In this document: positions 54,554 to 64,000 of the stretch, in pieces
How the letters are laid out: each line of letters opens with the position of its first letter
How positions within the stretch are numbered: the stretch's first letter is position 1
Translations under genes and position numbers: made by a program
Notes under the pieces: model-generated
The model's database searches: none
The model's input: the letters and a program-made list of their open reading frames with translations, nothing else
Told to the model about the DNA's origin: nothing
Assembly (NCBI GenBank): GCA_951406725.2
Contig: OX597814.1
Location: forward strand, 142,538,001 to 142,602,000
DNA from: Octopus vulgaris
Taxonomy: Eukaryota
Length of the DNA stretch: 64,000 nucleotides
Direction of reading: 5' to 3'

Positions 54554-55025
54554 CAGTCATAATGATTTCGATGAACATTAAGATGTCTAATTTATTCATG
54601 CAATAAAAATAAGTCGGTCGCGACAGATCTATACAGTAACACAAGTATAGTTATGTGTCACAAACAACGGAATTCGAATGTTGAGCAATACAGCAATTCG
54701 ACAATTCAATACATGACAAAACCAGCGGCAATTAAATAATGAAATGAGAAAATTATGTAAAGTCATACAAGTTCATCTTTGAAAAACATAGAAGACTTCT
54801 TAAGAATACAAGTTTTAAATAGCGTCAAAGTTCACGAATTCACACAAAAGTCTGTGAAGAAATTACAGTAATAAACTATCTTTTAAACAATAATTTAACA
54901 TGATTTTCGTCAGTGTGAAAGATCCTCTTATCACAATGTGTATGTATTCAGTGTGAACTGCTAACTATGTATGTGGAGGTACGTTCATTTCATTATGTGC
55001 ATGTATTGGAAAACAAATCATAATA

Positions 55026-56020
55026 TGTGTGTGTGGTGATATCATGAATGCGTGTGGTGATATCATGAATGTGTGTGGGGTGACATCATGAATGTGTGTG
55101 GTGATATTATGAATGCGTGTGGGGATATCATGAACGTGTGTGGTGATATCATGAATGTGTGAGGAGTGATATCATGAATGCGTGGGTGGTGATATCATGA
55201 ATGTATGTGTGGCGATATCATGAATGTGTGTGTGGTGATATCATGAATGTGTGTGGTGATATCATGAATGTGTGAGGAGTGATATCATGAATGCGTGGGT
55301 GGTGATATCATGAATGTATGTGTGGCGATATCATGAATGTGTGTGTGGTGATATCACGAATGTGTGTTTGGTGATATCATGAATGTGTGTGTGGTGATAT
55401 CACGTATGTATGTGTGGTGATATCATGAATGCGTGTGTGGTGGTATCATGAATGCGTGTGTGGTGATATAATGAATGTGTGTGTGGTGATATCATGAATG
55501 TGTGAGGAGTGATAACATGAATGTGTGTGTGGTGATATCATGAATGTGTGTGGTGATATCATGAATGCGGGTGTGATGATATTATGAATGTGTGTATGGT
55601 GATATCATGAATGCGTGTGTGGTGATATCGTGAATGTGTGTGTGGCGATATCATGAATGTGTGTGTGATGATATCATGAATATGTGTGAGGTGATATCAT
55701 GAATGTGTGTGTGGTGATATCATGAATGTGTGTGTGGTGGTATCATGAATGCGTGTGTGGTGATATTATGAATGTGCGTGGGATGCTACCATGAATGTGT
55801 GTGTGGTGATATCATGAATGTGTGTGTGGTGATATCATGAGAGTGTGTGTGTGGTGATATCATGAATGTATATGTGGGGAATCATTAATGCGTGTGTGGT
55901 GATATCATGAATGTGTGTGTGGTGATATGAATGTGTGTGGGTTGATATCATGAATGTGTGCGTGGTGATATCATGAATGTATGTGTGGTGATATCATGAA
56001 TGTGTGTGGAGTGATATCAT
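55026..56020. repeat. Minisatellite, unit about 23 bp (GTGATATCATGAATGTGTGTGTG), roughly 44 copies
   Basis: Directly visible; unit length varies (mostly 21-23 bp) with TG number. Confidence 0.95.
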
Positions 56021-56060
56021 ACATACATACATACATACATGTGTGTGTGTGTATGTGTAG

Positions 56061-56293
56061 ATACTTTATCTGTTGGTTAACAAGGCTACCATCGGTTTCA
56101 TACCAAGGGAAATTTTCTCAGTAATTTTCAAGCCTGCCACATGGAACACTGCTACTCGTCCCCATCTTGGATGGAATTCTTATCCAAGATGGTGACCAAT
56201 ACTAGTGTCCCATATATCAGACTTGATAAGTGGCGAGAAATTTTACCATTGCACGAAGCTAACGGTAGCCTTGTTAACCCACAAATAAAGAAT
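56061..56293. repeat. About 230-bp imperfect whole-length palindrome (foldback/MITE-like)
   Basis: GGTTAACAAGGCTACC/GGTAGCCTTGTTAACC outer and CCATCTTGGAT/ATCCAAGATGG inner arms. Confidence 0.82.
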
Positions 56294-58765
56294 ATTTACC
56301 CACCATGTCGGTGTTGAGCACTCATTCTCACTGTTCGATATTAGCATAAATATACATATGTGTGTGTGCATGCGTCTGCGTGTGTGTGTGCGCGTGTGTG
56401 TGCGTGTGTGTATGTGTGTATGTGTGACGTGCTCGTGCGTGTGCGTGTGTGTATATGTGTCTGTATATGTGTTTGTGTATGAATGAATGGATGGATGGAT
56501 GGATGGATGGATATAACATTGTTGTATAGACCGTTCCTGGTTTTTAGGTTGATAAACTTAATTCATCCCCTGGTTTTTATCACCACATTTGGCTCTTATG
56601 TGCCTCAACGGAATCCGTTACGATGCAAATATTTGAACCAAATCTCCAATCTAAGGAAAACTTCCTGTCCTTCCCACCAATGTCAGAGGCCTTGCAAGAG
56701 GTCAGCACAGCTGTCCTAGCTCCTCTAAGTCACATACAAATAAAAGGGTTTGTGTGTTGATTATTTCGAGAAACCTATCTCTACTACTATAGCAGTGTAG
56801 CCTACCTACTGTTATGACATACGTTCCAGTCACAAAATCCAAATAGTTTAAGGGAAGTGGTGGCAATAAAATTTAGTAAATTAAGTCACCCTAGACATTT
56901 GAGTCTCGAGCCCTAACACTCATTGGACAAGTTACTCGGACTTCATGGTGTATACTCTCAACCGAGATTACAGCACTTACCTGCAAGGGGACTCCAGTCC
57001 ATCGTGGAGTTACCCATTTGTAGCTGTGTGAACGGGATCATCGTGAAATGAAGTGTTTTGTTCGTAAACACGACGCACAGTCCAGGAATGGAAACCGCGA
57101 TCTTGCAATCGTGAGTGCAAAACCCTAACCACTAGGCCGTGTGCGTTCACAGAAGCAATTAGGAATTTTCAAACATTTTTCAGCGAAAAGTTTATGCCGA
57201 TGGCGATGCCGTAACAGAAACAGCTGTAACACACGTAAACGGACATAACTACACTCCTGGTCTACATCCTAGTTAGAAAACCCTATCAAGATAGACTTTG
57301 ACTATTCACTCTTTCTTGATGGGCGGCATAGCTATTAGTTGTGAACTGAATCGATTCAGTTATATTAACGACGAAAGTGGATTTGTGACAACAGAAAATG
57401 GAACCTTGACCGAAGCTTTCTTTCTCCTGGAGTTTAATTCTTAGTTCGCAATATTCATCGAGAAAATAAATACAGCGCTACTTTCTGGTATTACTATAGG
57501 AACAGCGATTAAATCAATCCAGTACATAACTGTTCGTGATTTTGTCCATCACAAGTGTGCGCATGTGTAAGTAATTTTCATTTCACTCTTTTCTTCGTTT
57601 CATTTTTTTTTACTTCCTTTAATGCCTTTCTTTCTTTCTTTCTTCCTCCCTTCTTTCCTTTATTTATTTTGATCTATTTGGATCCCAAGAAAACAGATTT
57701 CAGTACTTTGCTCTGAAGTAGCATAGCGCCATTAGTTAAATACGAACAGACGACACTCGAAAAACAAAACGAAAACAAAAGCAAAATGGTAAAGCAGAAA
57801 CATTATCAATTCGGTCTTTACAATTTCGTTCTCAGACACAATGTATAAACCAGTCGAATTGTTACGAGAGTCCTAGAGTAGAAGGTAAACACTCTGGGCA
57901 AACTGAAACCGAAAGTCGCTCTCGGATCTCGACATAAAAAAAAAGTGCTTGAACGTTATAGTATTCTTTAATTGTCTCCCTTATCGAAAGCCGGTTTAGA
58001 TTCTCAACTGAAGCGACCATTTTAATTCCTTTAAAAAGAAATAAAAAGACATGGATACCACAACATTATATAATTGTCTTCTCTTTTTGAAAAGTAGATT
58101 TTGATTCCCGGTTGAATCTGCCATCGTAATTCCTTTAAAAAGAAATAAAACGGCATGACCATCACAACATCCTATCATTGTTTCCCTATTATATTCTTAC
58201 GATTTCATACTGAAGTCAAAAGTCAATATTGAATTCTCAACCAACAAAAATGAGTTAGCAAATAAATAAGTACATAAATTTTAAAAAAATAAATGTCTTT
58301 GAAATAAATGAAAATGATTTGTCGAACCTACTTGGCAGGTTTGGTTTCTTTCGTTTTGGCACATTATTCTGCAGTAATTCAAAATTTCTGTGTTGCTGAA
58401 TTAAAATCTATTATAGTATTTGAAAATTGATTTTTCTCTTTAGCTCGAAGCTATTACTATTTTTACAACAAATCATACTGCCTTAGTTTAATCACATGCG
58501 TCTTTGTTTTAAACGGATTTGCACTGTTGTGCATTTTTGTTTTTTCTAAAAAAGAAAACTGTGCATCGTCGTCGTCATCATCATCATCATCAGCACTATC
58601 ATCATCATCATCGTTGTCGCCGTCGTCGTCGTCGTCGTCGTCGTCATTATCATCACCACCAACAACAACAACAACATCACTACCACCAACACCTACAACA
58701 CCACCATCACCATTATCATCATCATCATCATCATCATCATCGCCAACATCAATGTTATTATGACT

Positions 58766-59145
58766 AGGCGCAGGCATGGCTATGTGGTTAAGAAGCTAGC
58801 ATTGCAACCGCGTGGTTTCGGGTTCAACCCCACTACGCGGCACCTTGCGCAAGTGTCTTCTACTACAGCCTCGGGTCGACCAAATCCTTGTGAAAGAATT
58901 CGATGAATGGAAACTGTGTGGAAGTCTGTCGTGTATACGTGTGTGCGTATATGTCTGTGTGTCTTTCTGTCTGCTTTTGTTCCACCACCACCACCACTTA
59001 ACAAACGGTATTGGTTTGCTTGTGTTCCCATAACTTAAAAGTTTGGCAATAAAGACAGGTAAAATAAGCTTCGTTCGACTAAAAGCCTTCAAGGCGATGC
59101 CCCAACATGGTCGCAGTCCAATGACTGAACCAAGTAAAAGATAAA
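58766..59145 (+). mobile_element. SINE S1, diverged, within (CAT)/(CAC) trinucleotide tracts
   Basis: AGGCGCAGGCATGGCTATGTGG head, CCTTGCGCAAGTGTCTT, GACTGAACCAAGTAAAAG tail. Confidence 0.8.
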
Positions 59146-59748
59146 GTTTACCAGCACCAATAACTCCACCACCACCACCACCTCTACCACCACTGATACT
59201 AACATAACTACCACTACCACCGCCTTCACTATCACAACCACCATCACCACCTCTACCAACACCGACATAGGCCTTCAAATCAGAGGCGGGAGTGGGGCGG
59301 AAGCTGCCATATCCCAACTCACATTCAAACTCGATTGTGGGGAAAATTCGGGCAAAAGCAAGAAAATAAACAATCGTCGGACAGTGAAAACAAAAACAAA
59401 TGGAAAAAAATTACAGATCAGCAATTACGGGAAATGAATTTAGACAACCAAAATTATTAAAAAAACAACCCATCTAAAATTTGTACCGATCATCATCATC
59501 ATCATCATCATCATCATTATTATCATCATCGTCATTTCTAAGGCAGAATCGTTAGCAGGCCGAGCAAAATGCTTAGCTGCATTTCGTCTTTCTTTACGTG
59601 GTCGACTTTGCCTTTCATCCTTTCGGAGTCAATAAATTAAATGCCAGTGAAACACTGGGGTCGATGTAGTGCACTAGTCCCCTCCCCCAAAGTTTCAGGC
59701 CTTGTGCCTTTAGTAGAAAGGACTATTATTATTATTATTATTATTATT

Positions 59749-60357
59749 CAGTAGTTTTATTTTTATAGCGTGCTTTCACTTCATTACCGAGCGCAGCTCT
59801 GTGTGCCTTGGGTATGTGCTGTGATTTGTTGTGATGCTCTGATGGTTATTGTATGGAAAGTGTTCAGCGTAGGATGTGTGCAGTGCCTAGTAGTGCAATT
59901 TTCTGTATGTTATATGTGTTTGTAAGTCCTGGTGTTTTTGTTATGTATTTGTCTGAATATTTTTTTATCATGCCTAATGCACCTATGATAGGTATCGTTT
60001 CTGTTTTTAGATTCCACATTCTGGTTACCTCTATTTCCAGGTCTTTGTATTTTGAAAGTTTCTCCATTTCTTTTAGAGACACGTTGTCATCTGCCGGTAT
60101 TGATACATCAATTAGAAAGCATTTTTTTTCTTCATGATCTCTGACAACTATATCTGGTCTGTTGGCCTTAATTTCTCTATCTGTGTGTATCGGCATATCC
60201 CAGAGTATGGTTGCTTTCTCGTTTTCTGTGACCTTTTCTGGTGTGCGCCTATACCATCTTTTTTCTGTTGTTATTCTATAATGTTGGCATAGCTTCCAGT
60301 ATATGTAGGTTCCAACTCTGTCATGTCTGTGAATATATTCCTTCTTAGCCAGGACTA
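59749..60357 (-). mobile_element. 5'-truncated R4/Dong-like non-LTR retrotransposon (RLE domain) inserted in (TAA)n
   Basis: Open frame 59864-60357: YIHRHDRVG..WKLC..ILWD..IKANRPDIVV..CFLIDVSIPADDNVSLKEMEKLSKYKDL..IIGALG, a PD..D-type restriction-like endonuclease; (TAA)n on both sides. Confidence 0.92.
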
Positions 60358-60386
60358 ATAATTTATTATTATTATTATTATTAATA

Positions 60387-60444
<58 letters not shown>

Positions 60445-60445
<1 letters not shown>

Positions 60446-60858
60446 GGCGCAGGAGTGGCTGTGTGGTAAGTAGCTTGCTAACCAACCACATGGCTCCGGG
60501 TTCAGTCCACTGCGTGGCATCTTGGGCAAGTGTCTTCTGCTATAGCCCCGGGCCGACCAATGCCTTGTGAGTGGATTTGGTAGACGGAAACTGAAAGAAG
60601 CCTGTCGTATATATGTATATATATATATATCTGTGTGTGTATGTGTGTGTGTGTTTGTGTGTTTGTCCCCCTAGCATTGCTTGACAACCGATGCTGGTGT
60701 GTTTACGTCCCCGTCACTTAGCGGTTCGACAAAAGAGACCGATAGAATAAGTACTGGGCTTACAAAGAATAAGTCCCAGGGTCGATTTGCTCGACTAAAG
60801 GCGGTGCTCCAGTATGGCCGTAGTCAAATGACTGAAACAAGTAAAAGATAAAAGAAAG
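60445..60858 (+). mobile_element. SINE S1, full length
   Basis: Complete head, CORE-like segment, internal TA/TG tract and tail. Confidence 0.9.
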
Positions 60859-60876
60859 ATTATTATTATTATTATT

Positions 60877-60947
<71 letters not shown>

Positions 60948-60961
60948 CAAAATTATTAATA

Positions 60962-61600
60962 AGGCGGCAAGCTGGTAGAATCTTTAGCACGGCAGGCGAA
61001 ATGCTTAGCGGTATTTCGTCTGCCGTTACGTTCTTAGTTCAAATTCCGCCGAAGTCGAGTTTGCCTTTCATCCTTTCGGGGTCGATGAATTAAGTACCAG
61101 TTACGCACTGGGGTCGATGTAATCGACTTAATCCGTTTGTCTGTCCTTGTTTGTCCTCTCTGTGTTTAGCCCCTTGTGGGTAGTAAAGAAATAGGTATTT
61201 CGTCTGTTCTACGTTCTGAGTTCAAATTCCGCCCAGGTCAACTTTGCCTTTCATCCTTTCAGGGTCGATAAATTAAGTACCAGTGAAACACTGGGATCGA
61301 TGTAATCAACTAGTCCCCTACCCCAAATTTCAGGCCTTGTACATATAGTAGAAAGGATTATTATCAATATCAACATTACCATTATTAAGGCGGCAAGCTG
61401 GCAGAATTGTTAGCACGACGGGTAAACGCCTTGTGACATTCTGTCTGTCATCACATTCTGAGTTCTAATTCCGCCGAGGTTGACTTTAACTGTCGTCCTC
61501 TCGGAATCGATAAACTAAGTACCTATTGAGCACTGGATTCGATGTAACTGACTTGCTTCTACCCCTGAATTTACTGGACTCGTGCCAAAATTTGAAACCA
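60962..61600 (+). mobile_element. SINE S2 dimer (60962-61357) followed by a monomer (61389-61600)
   Basis: Same dimer junction (GTAGTAAAGAA(A)TAGGTATTTCGTCTG) as 2190-2588. Confidence 0.88.
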
Positions 61601-61878
61601 TAATTAAATTTTTTTTTTCCAGAGTATAAACCTAACATTTATATTTCTCCGAGTTATCTTCCTTGTTATACTCCAGTCGCATTTTCATTGATTACAGAAA
61701 CCCCTATAGCATTCCTATCATTCTCTATTTAGTTTGTGATATAACAATGTTCGCACAACCTCTGGTGATGGGAAATTCAATACGGCTCATTCTGAAAGTT
61801 AATTGATAAAAGCCATCGAGCAGCGCTCTACGCTTTACTCCCTCTCTACTCTATCCTTTCTCTCTTTCTTTCTTTTTT

Positions 61879-61909
<31 letters not shown>

Positions 61910-61962
61910 CTCTCTCTCTCTCTCCCTCTCCCTTAATTTATGTTCTGTTTTTGCCTTAAAGC

Positions 61963-62158
61963 AAATACGACGTTGGAAGCCTAATTAATTGATGTATAAA
62001 TCCCGAGATAGCGTCTCTGACAAACGTACAGTGTCTTTAAAAAATCACAGAAATATATTGCTACTTATATATTTCTGTATCTTTTAACACTGTACGTCTA
62101 TAAGAGATGGTACCTCCGGACATATACCGCAGTTAATTCGGCTTTCAACGTTGGATCT
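61963..62158. repeat. About 195-bp imperfect whole-length palindrome (foldback/MITE-like)
   Basis: ACGTTGGAAGCC/GGCTTTCAACGT, ACGTACAGTGT/ACACTGTACGT, ACAGAAATATA/TATATTTCTGT. Confidence 0.8.
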
Positions 62159-62337
62159 ACCTTAAGTATGATATGCAGAATGCTAATTTAAACTAATACT
62201 GTTTCTGGCGCACATAAAGATTTTTTTTTCTGTTCTTATCGCATACTAGAATTCAAATTGTTTGTCTCTAATTTACATTATTTACATTTGACGGATATTT
62301 GTCCGAGTTCGATTCCAGGCAGTGACCTGAATAATAA

Positions 62338-62422
<85 letters not shown>

Positions 62423-62614
62423 TATATACATATATATATATAAACATATATATATATGCCATTATTATATAATATATATATATATAATTATTACTATCAG
62501 GAACGGAGGTAAAAATTTCCGTATTGAACTCATTTGCTTTTGTATTTCATGTTGTTTACTGTTGGTGACGTCCTGTGCCCATATATGCATGTGCATATGT
62601 GTGTGTGTGTGTGC

Positions 62615-62650
<36 letters not shown>

Positions 62651-62729
62651 TTGTTTGTGTGTGTGTGTTATTTATATTATTATTTGATTGAACGCCACGT
62701 ATCCATTTCCAAGTAAGTTTATCTTTATA

Positions 62730-62807
<78 letters not shown>

Positions 62808-62830
62808 AAGAGAGAGAAATAGAGAGTGAG

Positions 62831-62882
<52 letters not shown>

Positions 62883-63315
62883 GTGTGAGTGTGTGTGTGT
62901 GTGTGTCCGAGCTTTAGTACGTATATGCATGTATATGTGAACAGCCATCTGTGTGTACGTATAGGCCGATTCTTAAAGGTCAGCTAAGAACAATTGCATG
63001 TGAAGCCAACTATGAAGAACAAATCAACAGTACAAAGAAATCAAATGTCAATCCCTTTAAGATGGCAACCACTTTAACAGTAGCAGAATCACGATCCCAT
63101 TACATCAACACATTCAAAGGAGTTTGCCGGCGGTCCTTCAGCAACAACACACCTTGTGACTACTCAGTGACTACTACTAAATTCAGAACACAACAAAGAG
63201 GATGCTTTTGAAACAGAGAATTCGAACTTATGGAGACAATATTTAGATATCGCCTGAGGAAACACAACCTAGACCTCATAATGCAAGGAAATGGTTCCCT
63301 ATTCGAGTACTTGAA

Positions 63316-63353
63316 CGCCTGGAGAAGTACCTTGCGTAGAAACAATTGTAGCG
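63316..63353 (+). ncRNA. Degenerate type I hammerhead motif, family E
   Basis: CGC-CUGGAGA-AG-UAC-CUUGC-GUA-GAA-ACAAUUGU-A^GCG; core A6 changed to G; same palindromic stem III as 50886-50976; AATAAA follows. Confidence 0.6.
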
Positions 63354-64000
63354 ATTGAAAATAAATGTCTAACCGTACTGTTTCTTGTTGACTCCAATTT
63401 TTTTCAATTATCTATTCGCACACGAGAGAAGCCTAAACGCAAACTTGAGAATAAGTATAATACTATTACTGGATAGTACAGGGTGAAATCTGAAGGTGTA
63501 TTCTACTACGTTTTTAACAGAATATACCATCACACACACACACATAAAAACACGTACACGCGCATGATCACATACACAAACATACAAACACATGCAGACA
63601 CGCATCATGTTTGGATGTGTGTATGGATCTTTTCAGTTTGTGTCAGATTTTTTGATTATCTTTTTTAAATAAACAGTTTAAAACTTCGTATACTGGTGTA
63701 ATTTCTCACGCTGAACACGGTTTACTTTCAACATTTTTTACAAAATTACGTATATATATTCAGCCCCAGAACTTTCTCGTAAGGATCAGAATGATAATGG
63801 GATAATGAAATATAAATGTGTGTGTTCGTATGTGTCTGTGTATGTGTGTGTTCTGTGCATGCCTGTGTATGCGTCTGCATTTGCGTGTGTATATATATAT
63901 ATATGTGTGTCTGTGCGCGCGCGCGTTCGTCTGAGTATGCACATGAGTGTCTGCATATTTGTAACTTATGATGTGTATCCGTATGTGTTTGTGTGCTTGT

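Noticed and set aside
53855-54644. 231-235 aa Arg/Thr, Lys/Asn and Phe/Leu ORFs
   Set aside because: Open only because of the AAG/AAC array.
55026-56020. CRISPR-like periodicity
   Set aside because: Linkers are TG repeats rather than unique spacers; no cas genes; eukaryotic context.

Overview
AT-rich, microsatellite-saturated eukaryotic DNA. The tRNA-derived SINE families and repeat landscape resemble Octopus/coleoid cephalopod genomes; this is an inference from recognition, not from a search. I found no supportable host protein-coding gene, rRNA, true tRNA or CRISPR array, and almost all listed ORFs are translations of simple repeats. The window is a mosaic of SINEs, a shattered hAT transposase fossil, MITEs with clean TIRs/TSDs, Helentron-like non-autonomous elements, and fragments of restriction-like-endonuclease, CR1-like and RTE-like LINEs. 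The most striking signal is a dense set of type I hammerhead ribozyme (HHR) motifs: about 14 cores from at least five sequence families, mostly in short elements at (TA)n microsatellites. Three of these elements are long DNA palindromes whose fold-back point lies at the 5' edge of the ribozyme, so each strand encodes anti-HHR followed by HHR. Two copies of one family differ within the HHR motif at catalytically neutral positions, and the changes are mirrored in both arms. These look like Penelope-like (PLE) retroelement derivatives. All folds were read by eye and are untested; repeat boundaries are approximate unless TIR/TSD coordinates are given.
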